This document shows, one piece after another, positions 13,100-26,700 of a stretch of 64,000 nt of DNA. A program made the position numbers and the translations under genes. Source of the stretch: Paragordius varius (lineage: Eukaryota; Animalia; Nematomorpha); NCBI GenBank assembly GCA_964247055.1, contig OZ176053.1, positions 13,082,001-13,146,000 of the forward strand, read 5' to 3'. Each line of letters begins with the position of its first letter. Position 1 is the first letter of the stretch. The notes under the pieces are model-generated. The model had not been told where the DNA came from. It worked only from the letters and a program-made list of their open reading frames with translations, and did not search any database.

Positions 13100-14329
13100 G
13101 TATCAATAAGTCGCATCAATACTCAAGTTAAACTTTGTCCTTAAACATCGGATATTGGTCACCGGTGAACAAAATAATTTTTTATACATTCTCTTAGTAA
13201 GACTACATCAAAATATAGAGATAGTTTGACAAACTCTTTCATATCTGATTTTTACAACGATACTTTAAAAATTATGGTATTAAACCAGTCGCATCAATAC
13301 TCAAGTTAAACTTTGTCCTTAAAAATCGGATATTGGTCACCGGTGAACAAAATAATTTTTTATACATTCTATTAGCAAGACTACATCAAATAATAGAGAT
13401 AGTTTGACAAACTCTTTCATATCCGATTTTTACAACGATACTTTATAAATTAATGTATAAAACTAGTCGTATCAATAAGTCGCATCAATACTCAAGTTAA
13501 ACTTTGTCCTTAAAAATCGGATATTGGTCACCGGTGAACAAAATAATCTTTTATACATTCTCTTAGTAAGACTACATCAAATTATAGAGATAGTTTGACA
13601 AACTCTTTCATATCCGATTTTTACAACGATACTTTAAAAATTATGGTATAACCAGTCGCATCAATACTCAAGTTAATCTTTGTCCTTAAAAATCGGATAT
13701 TGGTCACCGGTGAACAAAATTATTTTTTATACATTCTCTTAGTAAGACTACATCAAAATATAGAGATATTTTGACAAACTCTTTCATATCCGATTTTTAC
13801 AACGATACTTTAAAAATTAATGTGTTAAACTAGTCGCATTAATACTCAAGTTAAACTTTGTCCTTAAAAATCGGATATTGGTCACCGGTGAACAAAATTA
13901 TTTTTTATACATTCTCTTAGTAAGACTACATCAAAATATAGAGATATTTTGACAAACTCTTTCATATCCGATTTTTACAACGATACTTTATAAATTAATG
14001 TATAAAACTAGTCGTATCAATAAGTCGCATCGTTAAACTTTGTCCTTAAAAATCGGATATTGGTCACCGGTGAACAAAATAATCTTTTATACATTCTCTT
14101 AGTAAGACTACATCAAATTATAGAGATAGTTTGACAAACTCTTTCATATCCGATTTTTACAACGATACTTTAAAAATTATGGTATAACCAGTCGCATCAA
14201 TACTCAAGTTAAACTTTGTCCTTAAAAATCGGATATTGGTCACCGGTGAACAAAATTATTTTTTATACATTCTCTTAGTAAGACTACATCAAAATATAGA
14301 GATATTTTGACAAACTCTTTCATATCCGA

Positions 14330-16950
14330 TTTTTACAACGATACTTTAAAAATTTATGTATTAAACTAGTCGCATCAATACTCAAGTTAAACTTTGTCCT
14401 TAAAAATCGGATATTGGTCATCGGTGAACAAAATAATTTTTTATACATTCTCTTAGCAAGACTACATCAAATAATAGAGATAGTTTGACAAACTCTTTAT
14501 ATCCGATTATTACAACAATACTTTATATATTAATGTATAAAACTAATCGTATCAATAAGTCGCATCAATACTCAAGTTAAACTTTGTCCTTAAAAATCGG
14601 ATATTGGTCACCGGTGAACAAAATAATTTTTTATACATTCTCTTAGTAAGACTACATCAAAATATAGAGATAGTTTGACAAACTCTTTCATATCCGGATT
14701 GTACAACGATACTTTAAAAATTATGGCATTAAACCAGTCGCATCAATACTCAAGTTAAACTTTGTCCTTAAAAATCGGATATTGGTCACCGGTGAACAAA
14801 ATAATTTTTTATACATTCTCTTAGCAAGACTACATCAAATAATAGAGATAATTTGACAAACTCTTTCATATCCGATTTTTACAACGATACTTTATAAATT
14901 AATGTATAAAACTAGTCGTATCAATAAGTCGCATCAATACTCAAGTTAAACTTTGTCCTTAAAAATCGGATATTGGTTACCAGTGAACAAAATAATCTTT
15001 TATACATTCTCTTAGTAAGACTACATCAAATTATAGAGATAGTTTGACAAACTCTTTCATATCCGATTTTTACAACGATACTTTAAAAATTATGGTATAA
15101 CCAGTCGCATCAATACTCAAGTTAAACTTTGTCCTTAAAAATCGGATATTGGTCACCGGTGAACAAAATAATTTTTTATACATTCTCTTAGCAAGACTAC
15201 ATCAAATAATAGAGATAATTTGACAAACTCTTTCATATCCGATTTTTACAACGATACTTTATAAATTAATGTATAAAACTAGTCGTATCAATAAGTCGCA
15301 TCAATACTCAAGTTAAACTTTGTCCTTAAAAATCGGATATTGGTTACCAGTGAACAAAATAATCTTTTATACATTCTCTTAGTAAGACTACATCAAATTA
15401 TAGAGATAGTTTGACAAACTCTTTCATATCCGATTTTTACAACGATACTTTAAAAATTATGGTATAACCAGTCGCATCAATACTCAAGTTAAACTTTGTC
15501 CTTAAAAATCGGATATTGGTCACCGGTGAACAAAATAATTTTTTATACATTCTCTTAGCAAGACTACATCAAATAATAGAGATAGTTTGACAAACTCTTT
15601 CATATCCGATTTTTACAACGATACTTTATAAATTAATGTATAAAACTAATCGTATCAATAAGTCGCATCAATACTCAAGTTAAACTTTGTCCTTAAAAAT
15701 CGGATATTGGTTACCAGTGAACAAAATAATCTTTTATACATTCTCTTAGTAAGACTACATCAAATTATAGAGATAGTTTGACAAACTCTTTCATATCCGA
15801 TTTTTACAACGATACTTTAAAAATTTATGTATTAAACTAGTCGCATCAATACTCAAGTTAAACTTTGTCCTTAAAAATCGGATATTGGTCATCGGTGAAC
15901 AAAATAATTTTTTATACATTCTCTTAGCAAGACTACATCAAATAATAGAGATAGTTTGACAAACTCTTTATATCCGATTATTACAACAATACTTTATATA
16001 TTAATGTATAAAACTAATCGTATCAATAAGTCGCATCAATACTCAAGTTAAACTTTGTCCTTAAAAATCGGATATTGGTCACCGGTGAACAAAATAATTT
16101 TTTATACATTCTCTTAGTAAGACTACATCAAAATATAGAGATAGTTTGACAAACTCTTTCATATCCGGATTGTACAACGATACTTTAAAAATTATGGCAT
16201 TAAACCAGTCGCATCAATACTCAAGTTAAACTTTGTCCTTAAAAATCGGATATTGGTCACCGGTGAACAAAATAATTTTTTATACATTCTCTTAGCAAGA
16301 CTAAATCAAATAATAGAGATAATTTGACAAACTCTTTCATATCCGATTTTTACAACGATACTTTATAAATTAATGTATAAAACTAGTCGTATCAATAAGT
16401 CGCATCAATACTCAAGTTAAACTTTGTCCTTAAAAATCGGATATTGGTTACCAGTGAACAAAATAATCTTTTATACATTCTCTTAGTAAGACTACATCAA
16501 ATTATAGAGATAGTTTGACAAACTCTTTCATATCCGATTTTTACAACGATACTTTAAAAATTATGGTATAACCAGTCGCATCAATACTCAAGTTAAACTT
16601 TGTCCTTAAAAATCGGATATTGGTCACCGGTGAACAAAATAATTTTTTATACATTCTCTTAGCAAGACTACATCAAATAATAGAGATAGTTTGACAAACT
16701 CTTTCATATCCGATTTTTACAACGATACTTTATAAATTAATGTATAAAACTAGTCGTATCAATAAGTCGCATCAATACTCAAGTTAAACTTTGTCCTTAA
16801 AAATCGGATATTGGTCACCGGTGAACAAAATAATCTTTTATACATTCTCTTAGTAAGACCACATCAAATTATAGAGATAGTTTGACAAACTCTTTCATAT
16901 CCGATTTTTACAACGATACTTTAAAAATTATGGTATAACCAGTCGCATCA
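14330..16950 (+). repeat. 1471-bp (8-mer) duplication containing three tandem 367-bp dimers (176+191)
   Basis: ATGGCATT marker 14727/16198 (1471). TTACCAGTG marker 14982/15349/15716 (367 each). Confidence 0.82.
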
Positions 16951-17377
16951 ATACTCAAGTTAAACTTTGTCTTTAAAAATCGGATATTGGTCACCGGTGA
17001 ACAAAATTATTTTTTATACATTCTCTTAGTAAGACTACATGAAAATATAGAGATAGTTTGACAGACTCTTTCATATCCGATTTTTACAACGATACTTTAT
17101 AAATTAATGTATTAAACTAGTCGCATCAATATTCAAGTTAAACTTTGTCCTTAAAACTCGGATATTGGTCACGGTGAACAAAATAATTTTTTATACATTC
17201 TCTTAGCAAGACTACATCAAATAATAGAGATAGTTTGACAAACTCCTTCATATCCGATTTTTACAACGATACTTTATAAATTAATGTATAAAACTAGTCG
17301 TATCAATAAGTCGCATCAATACTCAAGTTAAACTTTGTCCTTAAACATCGGATATTGGTCACCGGTGAACAAAATAA

Positions 17378-18341
17378 TTTTTTATACATTCTCTTAGTAA
17401 GACTACATCAAAATATAGAGATAGTTTGACAAACTCTTTCATATCTGATTTTTACAACGATACTTTAAAAATTATGGTATTAAACCAGTCGCATCAATAC
17501 TCAAGTTAAACTTTGTCCTTAAAAATCGGATATTGGTCACCGGTGAACAAAATAATTTTTTATACATTCTCTTAGCAAGACTACATCAAATAATAGAGAT
17601 AGTTTGACAAACTCTTTCATATCCGACTTTTACAACGATACTTTATAAATAAATGTATAAAACTAGTCGTATCAATAAGTCGCATCAATACTCAAGTTAA
17701 ACTTTGTCCTTAAAAATCGGATATTGGTTACCGGTGAACAAAATAATCTTTTATACATTCTCTTAGTAAGACTACATCAAAATATAGAGATAGTTTGACA
17801 AACTCTTTCATATCCGACTTTTACAACGATACTTTATAAATAAATGTATTAAACTAGTCGCATCAATAAGTCGCATCAATACTCAAGTTAAACTTTGTCC
17901 TTAAAAATCGGATATTGGTCACCGGTGAACAAAATTATTTTTTATACATTCTCTTAGTAAGACTACATCAAAATATAGAGATAGTTTGACAAACTCTTTC
18001 ATATCTGATTTTTACAACGATACTTTAAAAATTATGGTATTAAACCAGTCGCATCAATACTCAAGTTAAACTTTGTCCTTAAAAATCGGATATTGGTCAC
18101 CGGTGAACAAAATAATTTTTTATACATTCTCTTAGCAAGACTACATCAAATAATAGAGATAGTTTGACAAACTCTTTCATATCCGACTTTTACAACGATA
18201 CTTTATAAATAAATGTATAAAACTAGTCGTATCAATAAGTCGCATCAATACTCAAGTTAAACTTTGTCCTTAAAAATCGGATATTGGTTACCGGTGAACA
18301 AAATAATCTTTTATACATTCTCTTAGTAAGACTACATCAAA
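17378..18341 (+). repeat. 560-bp (3-mer) duplication next to the junction
   Basis: ATATCTGATT 17441/18001; ATCCGACTTT 17627/18187. Confidence 0.85.
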
Positions 18342-18404
18342 TTATAGAGATAGTTTGACAAACTCTTTCATATCCGATTTTTACAACGATACTTTAAAAA
18401 TTAA

Positions 18405-18430
18405 TGTGTTAAACTAGTCGCATTAATACT
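18405..18430. other. Array inversion junction; 25-nt unpaired spacer between inverted arms
   Basis: ...ACTTTAAAAATTAA (ends 18404) [TGTGTTAAACTAGTCGCATTAATAC] TTAATTTTTAAAGT... (starts 18430). The flanks are reverse complements. Confidence 0.97.
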
Positions 18431-18589
18431 TAATTTTTAAAGTATCGTTGTAAAAATCGGATATGAAAGAGTTTGTCAAACTATCTCTATATTTTGATGT
18501 AGTCTTGCTAAGAGAATGTATAAAAAATTATTTTGTTCACCGGTGACCAATATCCGATTTTTAAGGACAAAGTTTAACTTGAGTATTCA

Positions 18590-21500
18590 TGCGACTAGTT
18601 TAATACATTAATTTTTAAAGTATCGTTGTAAAAATCGGATATGGAAAGAGTTTGTCAAACTATCTCTATATTTTGATGTAGTCTTACTAGAATGTATAAA
18701 AAATTATTTTGTTCACCGGTGACCAATATCCGATTTTTAAGGACAAAGTTTAACTTGAATATTGATGCGACTAGTTTAATACATTAATTTTTAATCGGAT
18801 ATGAAAGAGTTTGTCAAACTATCTCTATATTTTGAAGTAGTCTTACTAAGAGAATGTATAAAAAATAATTTTGTTCGGTGACCAATATCCGATTTTTAAG
18901 GACAAAGTTTAACTTGAGTATTGATGCGACTAGTTTAACACATTAATTTTTAAAGTATCGTTGTAAAAATCGGATATGGAAAGAGTTTGTCAAACTATCT
19001 CTATATTTTGATGTAGTCTTACTAAGAGAATGTATAAAAAATTATTTTGTTCACCGGTGACCAATATCCGATTTTTAAGGACAAAGTTTAACTTGATTAT
19101 TAATGCGACTAGTTTAACACATTAATTTTTAAAGTATCGTTGTAAAAATCGGATATGAAAGAGTTTGTCAAAATATCTCTATATTTTAATGTAGTCCTAC
19201 TAAGAGAATGTATAAAAAATAATTTTGTTCACCGGTGACCAATATCCGATTTTTAAGGACAAAGTTTAACTTGAGTATTGATACGATTTATTGATACGAC
19301 TAGTTTTATACATTAATTTTTAAAGTATCGTTGTAAAAATCGGATATGAAAGAGTTTGTCAAACTATCTCTATATTTTAATGTAGTCTTACTAAGAGAAT
19401 GTATAAAAAATAATTTTGTTCACCGGTGACCAATATCCGATTTTTAAGGACAAAGTTTAACTTGAGTATGCGACTAGTTTAACACATTAATTTTTAAAGT
19501 ATCGTTGTAAAATTCGGATATAGAAAGAGTTTGTCAAACTATCTCTATATTTTGATGTAGTCTTACTAAGAGAATGTATAAAAAATTATTTTGTTCACCG
19601 GTGACCAATATCCGATTTTTAAGGACAAAGTTTAACTTGAGTATTAATGCGACTAGATTAACACATTAATTTTTAAAGTATCGTTGTAAAAATCGGATAT
19701 GAAAGAGTTTGTCAAAATATCTCTATATTTTGATGTAGTCTTACTAAGAGAATGTATAAAAAATAATTTTGTTCACCGGTGACCAATATCCGATTTTTAA
19801 GGACAAAGTTTAACTTGAGTATTGATGCGACTGGTTATACCATAATTTTTAAAGTATCGTTGTAAAATTCGGATATGAAAGAGTTTGTCAAACTATCTCT
19901 ATAATTTGATGTAGTCTTACTAAGAGAATGTATAAAAGATTATTTTGTTCACCGGTAACCAATATCCGATTTTTAAGGACAAAGTTTAACTTGAGTATTG
20001 ATGCGACTTATTGATACGACTAGTTTTATACATTAATTTATAAAGTATCGTTGTAAAAATCGGATATGAAAGAGTTTGTCAAACTATCTCTATTATTTGA
20101 TGTAGTCTTGCTAAGAGAATGTATAAAAAATTATTTTGTTCACCGGTGACCAATATCCGATTTTTAAGGACAAAGTTTAACTTGAGTATTTATGCGACTG
20201 GTTTAATACCATAATTTTTAAAGTATCGTTGTAAAAATCAGATATGAAAGAGTTTGTCAAACTATCTCTATATTTTGATGTAGTCTTACTAAGAGAATGT
20301 ATAAAAAATTATTTTGTTCACCGGTGACCAATATCCGATGTTTAAGGACAAAGTTTAACTTGAGTATTGATGCGACTTATTGATACGACTAGTTTTATAC
20401 ATTAATTTATAAAGTATCGTTGTAAAAATCGGATATGAAGGAGTTTGTCAAACTATCTCTATTATTTGATGTAGTCTTGCTAAGAGAATGTATAAAAAAT
20501 TATTTTGTTCACCGTGACCAATATCCGAGTTTTAAGGACAAAGTTTAACTTGAATATTGATGCGACTAGTTTAATACATTAATTTATAAAGTATCGTTGT
20601 AAAAATCGGATATGAAAGAGTCTGTCAAACTATCTCTATATTTTCATGTAGTCTTACTAAGAGAATGTATAAAAAATAATTTTGTTCACCGGTGACCAAT
20701 ATCCGATTTTTAAAGACAAAGTTTAACTTGAGTATTGATGCGATTAGTTTTATACATTAATTTTTAAAGTATCGTTGTAAAAATCGGATATGAAAGAGTT
20801 TGTCAAACTATCTCTATATTTTAATGTAGTCCTTCTAAGAGAATGTATAGAAAATAGTTTCGTTCACCGGTTACCAATATCCGATTTTTAAGGACAAAGT
20901 TTAACTTGAATATTGTCGTATGCTAAATTATACATTAATTTTTAAAGTATCGTTGTAAAAATCAGATAATAAAGAGTTTGTCAAACTATCTCTATATTTT
21001 GATGTAGTCATACTAAAAGAATTATAAAAAATAGTTTTGTTCACCGGTGACCAATATCCGATTTTTGACAAAGTTTAACTTGAGTATTGATGCGACTAGT
21101 TTTATACATAAATTTTTAAAGTATCGTTGTAAAAATCGGATATGAAAGAATTTGTCAAACTATCTCTATATTTTAATGTAGTCTTACTAAAAGAATGTAT
21201 AAAAAATAGTTTTGTTCACCGGTGACTAATATCCGATTTTTAAGGACAAAGTTTAACTTGAGTATTGATGCGACTAGTTTTATACATAAATTTTTAAAGT
21301 ATCGTTGTAAAAATCGGATATGAAAGAATTTGTCAAACTATCTCTATTATTTGATGTAGTCTTGCTAAGAGAATGTATAAAAAATAATTTTGTTCACCGG
21401 TGACCAATATCCGATTTTTAAGGACAAAGTTTAACTTGAGTATTGATGCGACTGGTTATACCATAATTTTTAAAGTATCGTTGTAAAAATCGGATATGAA

Positions 21501-24500
21501 AGAGTTTGTCAAACTATCTCTATAATTTGATGTGGTCTTACTAAGAGAATGTATAAAAGATTATTTTGTTCACCGGTGACCAATATCCGATTTTTAAGGA
21601 CAAAGTTTAACTTGAGTATTGATGCGACTTATTGATACGACTAGTTTTATACATTAATTTATAAAGTATCGTTGTAAAAATCGGATATGAAAGAGTTTGT
21701 CAAACTATCTCTATTATTTGATGTAGTCTTGCTAAGAGAATGTATAAAAAATTATTTTGTTCACCGGTGACCAATATCCGATTTTTAAGGACAAAGTTTA
21801 ACTTGAGTATTGATGCGACTGGTTTAATGCCATAATTTTTAAAGTATCGTTGTACAATCCGGATATGAAAGAGTTTGTCAAACTATCTCTATATTTTGAT
21901 GTAGTCTTACTAAGAGAATGTATAAAAAATTATTTTGTTCACCGGTGACCAATATCCGATTTTTAAGGACAAAGTTTAACTTGAGTATTGATGCGACTTA
22001 TTGATACGATTAGTTTTATACATTAATATATAAAGTATTGTTGTAATAATCGGATATAAAGTTTGTCAAACTATCTCTATTATTTGATGTAGTCTTGCTA
22101 AGAGAATGTATAAAAAATTATTTTGTTCACCGATGACCAATATCCGATTTTTAAGGACAAAGTTTAACTTGAGTATTGATGCGACTAGTTTAATACATAA
22201 ATTTTTAAAGTATCGTTGTAAAAATCGGATATGAAAGAGTTTGTCAAAATATCTCTATATTTTGATGTAGTCTTACTAAGAGAATGTATAAAAAATAATT
22301 TTGTTCACCGGTGACCAATATCCGATTTTTAAGGACAAAGTTTAACTTGAGTATTGATGCGACTGGTTATACCATAATTTTTAAAGTATCGTTGTAAAAA
22401 TCGGATATGAAAGAGTTTGTCAAACTATCTCTATAATTTGATGTAGTCTTACTAAGAGAATGTATAAAAGATTATTTTGTTCACCGGTGACCAATATCCG
22501 ATTTTTAAGGACAAAGTTTAACGATGCGACTTATTGATACGACTAGTTTTATACATTAATTTATAAAGTATCGTTGTAAAAATCGGATATGAAAGAGTTT
22601 GTCAAAATATCTCTATATTTTGATGTAGTCTTACTAAGAGAATGTATAAAAAATAATTTTGTTCACCGGTGACCAATATCCGATTTTTAAGGACAAAGTT
22701 TAACTTGAGTATTAATGCGACTAGTTTAACACATTAATTTTTAAAGTATCGTTGTAAAAATCGGATATGAAAGAGTTTGTCAAAATATCTCTATATTTTG
22801 ATGTAGTCTTACTAAGAGAATGTATAAAAAATAATTTTGTTCACCGGTGACCAATATCCGATTTTTAAGGACAAAGATTAACTTGAGTATTGATGCGACT
22901 GGTTATACCATAATTTTTAAAGTATCGTTGTAAAAATCGGATATGAAAGAGTTTGTCAAACTATCTCTATAATTTGATGTAGTCTTACTAAGAGAATGTA
23001 TAAAAGATTATTTTGTTCACCGGTGACCAATATCCGATTTTTAAGGACAAAGTTTAACTTGAGTATTGATGCGACTTATTGATACGACTAGTTTTATACA
23101 TTAATTTATAAGGTATTGTTGTAAAATTCGGATATGAAAGAGTTTGTCAAACTATCTCTATTATTTGATGTAGTCTTGCTAAGAGAATGTATAAAAAATT
23201 ATTTTGTTCACCGGTGACCAATATCCGATTTTTAAGGACAAAGTTTAACTTGAGTATTGATGCGACTGGTTTAATACCATAATTTTTAAAGTATCGTTGT
23301 AAAAATCAGATATGAAAGAGTTTGTCAAACTTTCTCTATATTTTGATGTAGTCTTACTAAGAGAATGTATAAAAAATTATTTTGTTCACCGGTGACCAAT
23401 ATCCGATGTTTAAGGACAAAGTTTAACTTGAGTATTGATGCGACTTATTGATACGACTAGTTTTATACATTAATTTATAAAGTATCGTTGTAAAAATCGG
23501 ATATGAAGGAGTTTGTCAAACTATCTCTATTATTTGATGTAGTCTTGCTAAGAGAATGTATAAAAAATAATTTTGTTCACCGGTGACCAATATCCGATTT
23601 TTAAGGACAAAGTTTAACTTGAGTATTGATGCGACTGGTTATACCATAATTTTTAAAGTATCGTTGTAAAAATCGGATATGAAAGAGTTTGTCAAACTAT
23701 CTCTATAATTTGATGTAGTCTTACTAAGAGAATGTATAAAAGATTATTTTGTTCACCGGTGACCAATATCCGATTTTTAAGGACAAAGTTTAACTTGAGT
23801 ATTGATGCGACTTATTGATACGACTAGTTTTATACATTAATTTAAAGAGTATCGTTGTAAAAATCGGATATGAAAGAGTTTGTCAAACTATCTCTATTAT
23901 TTGATGTAGTCTTGCTAAGAGAATGTATAAAAAATTATTTTGTTCACCGGTGACCAATATCCGATTTTTAAGGACAAAGTTTAACTTGAATATTGATGCG
24001 ACTAGTTTAATACATTAATTTTTAAAGTATCGTTGTAAAAATCGGATATGAAAGAGTTTGTCAAACTATCTCTATATTTTGATGTAGTCTTACTAAGAGA
24101 ATGTATAAAAAGTAATTTTGTTCACCGGTGACCAATATCCGATTTTTAAGGACAAAGTTTAACTTGAGTATTGATGCGACTGGTTTAATACCATAATTTT
24201 TAAAGTATCGTTGTACAATCCGGATATGAAAGAGTTTGTCAAACTATCTCTATATTTTGATGTAGTCTTACTAAGAGAATGTATAAAAAATTATTTTGTT
24301 CACCGGTGACCAATATCCGATTTTTAAGGACAAAGTTTAACTTGAGTATTGATGCGACTTATTGATACGATTAGTTTTATACATTAATATATAAAGTATT
24401 GTTGTAATAATCGGATATGAAAGAGTTTGTCAAACTATCTCTATTATTTGATGTAGTCTTGCTAAGAGAATGTATAAAAAATTATTTTGTTCACCGATGA

Positions 24501-25600
24501 CCAATATCCGATTTTTAAGGACAAAGTTTAACTTGAGTATTGATGCGACTAGTTTAATACATTAATTTTTAAAGTATCGTTGTAAAAATCGGATATGAAA
24601 GAGTGTCAAACTATCTCTATATTTTGATGTAGTCTTACTAAGAGAATGTATAAAAAATAATTTTGTTCACCGGTGACCAATATCCGATTTTTAAGGACAA
24701 AGTTTAACTTGAGTATTGATACGATTTATTGATACGACTAGTTTTATACATTAATTTTTAAAGTATCGTTGTAAAAATCGGATATGAAAGAGTTTGTCAA
24801 ACTATCTCTCTTTTTTAATGTAGTCTTACTAAGAGAATGTATAAAAAATAATTTTGTTCACCGGTGACCAATATCCGATTTTTAAGGACAAAGTTTAACT
24901 TGAGTATGCGACTAGTTTAACACATTAATTTTTAAAGTATCGTTGTAAAATTCGGATATGGAAAGAGTTTGTCAAACTATCTCTATATTTTGATGTAGTC
25001 TTACTAAGAGAATGTATAAAAAATTATTTTGTTCACCGGTGACCAATATCCGATTTTTAAGGACAAAGTTTAACTTGAGTATTAATGCGACTAGATTAAC
25101 ACATTAATTTTTAAAGTATCGTTGTAAAAATCGGATATGAAAGAGTTTGTCAAAATATCTCTATATTTTGATGTAGTCTTACTAAGAGAATGTATAAAAA
25201 ATAATTTTGTTCACCGGTGACCAATATCCGATTTTTAAGGACAAAGTTTAACTTGAGTATTGATGCGACTGGTTATACCATAATTTTTAAAGTATCGTTG
25301 TAAAATTCGGATATGAAAGAGTTTGTCAAACTATCTCTATAATTTGATGTAGTCTTACTAAGAGAATGTATAAAAGATTATTTTGTTCACCGGTAACCAA
25401 TATCCGATTTTTAAGGACAAAGTTTAACTTGAGTATTGATGCGACTTATTGATACGACTAGTTTTATACATTAATTTATAAAGTATCGTTGTAAAAATCG
25501 GATATGAAAGAGTTTGTCAAACTATCTCTATTATTTGATGTAGTCTTGCTAAGAGAATGTATAAAAAATTATTTTGTTCACCGGTGACCAATATCCGATT
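18590..25600 (-). repeat. Inverted homolog of left-arm blocks (1-~910 and ~1500-8430)
   Basis: Position p pairs with 19501-p for p=1-~780. Position p pairs with 27458-p for p=~6000-8430. Ordered markers continue to left ~1700 / right ~25400. Confidence 0.9.
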
Positions 25601-26700
25601 TTTAAGGACAAAGTTTAACTTGAGTATTGATGCGACTAGTTTAATACATTAATTTTTAAAGTATCGTTGTACAATCCGGATAGGAAAGAGTTTGCCAAAC
25701 TATCTCTATATTTTAATGTAGTCCTACTAAGAGAATGTATAAAAAATAATTTTGTTCACCGGTGACCAATATCCGATTTTTAAGGACAAAGTTTAACTTG
25801 AGTATTGATACGATTTATTGATACGACTAGTTTTATACATTAATTTTTAAAGTATCGTTGTAAAAATCGGATATGAAAGAGTTTGTCAAACTATCTCTAT
25901 ATTTTAATGTAGTCTTACTAAGAGAATGTATAAAAAATAATTTTGTTCACCGGTGACCAATATCCGATTTTTAAGGACAAAGTTTAACTTGAGTATGCGA
26001 CTAGTTTAACACATTAATTTTTAAAGTATCGTTGTAAAATTCGGATATGGAAAGAGTTTGTCAAACTATCTCTATATTTTGATGTAGTCTTACTAAGAGA
26101 ATGTATAAAAAATTATTTTGTTCACCGGTGACCAATATCCGATTTTTAAGGACAAAGTTTAACTTGAGTATTAATGCGACTAGATTAACACATTAATTTT
26201 TAAAGTATCGTTGTAAAAATCGGATATGAAAGAGTTTGTCAAAATATCTCTATATTTTGATGTAGTCTTACTAAGAGAATGTATAAAAAATAATTTTGTT
26301 CACCGGTGACCAATATCCGATTTTTAAGGACAAAGTTTAACTTGAGTATTGATGCGACTGGTTATACCATAATTTTTAAAGTATCGTTGTAAAATTCGGA
26401 TATGAAAGAGTTTGTCAAACTATCTCTATAATTTGATGTAGTCTTACTAAGAGAATGTATAAAAGATTATTTTGTTCACCGGTAACCAATATCCGATTTT
26501 TAAGGACAAAGTTTAACTTGAGTATTGATGCGACTTATTGATACGACTAGTTTTATACATTAATTTATAAAGTATCGTTGTAAAAATCGGATATGAAAGA
26601 GTTTGTCAAACTATCTCTATTATTTGATGTAGTCTTGCTAAGAGAATGTATAAAAAATTATTTTGTTCACCGGTGACCAATATACGATTTTTAAGGACAA
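24720..26700 (-). repeat. 1089-bp (6-mer) tandem duplication
   Basis: Short-variant GAGTATGCG at 24902 and 25991, with the same flanking variant order. Confidence 0.8.

Larger units (their letters stand above)
2245..15215 (+). repeat. Dispersed block duplication, ~2245-5750 repeated at ~11710-15215 (offset 9465 bp, ~52 monomers)
   Basis: Three rare markers share the offset: TTTGGCAAA (2481/11946), GTTAATCTT (4211/13676), 9-bp deletion CGCATCGTTA (4561/14026). Ends approximate. Confidence 0.88.
1..18429 (+). repeat. Left arm of the array, + orientation (~100 monomers)
   Basis: Units read ...AAGTTAAACTTTGTCCTTAAAAATCGGATATTGGTCACCGGTGAACAAAA... up to CATTAATAC at 18421-18429. Confidence 0.98.

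Noticed and set aside
18441-18465. CENP-B-box-like motif ATCGTTGTAAAAATCGGAT (vs YTTCGTTGGAARCGGGA)
   Set aside because: TCGTTG matches, but the TCG-to-CGG spacing is 10 nt instead of 7, and the TTCG and CGGG cores are imperfect. It is also deleted in many monomers of the hexamer domain.
18200-18660. Perfect mirror palindrome (simple fold-back or chimeric read) at the junction
   Set aside because: Monomer variants on either side of the junction differ (e.g. CAAATTATAG and GGTTACC on the left vs CAAAATATAG and GGTCACC equivalents on the right). The right arm matches distant left-arm blocks, which argues against a fold-back read artefact.
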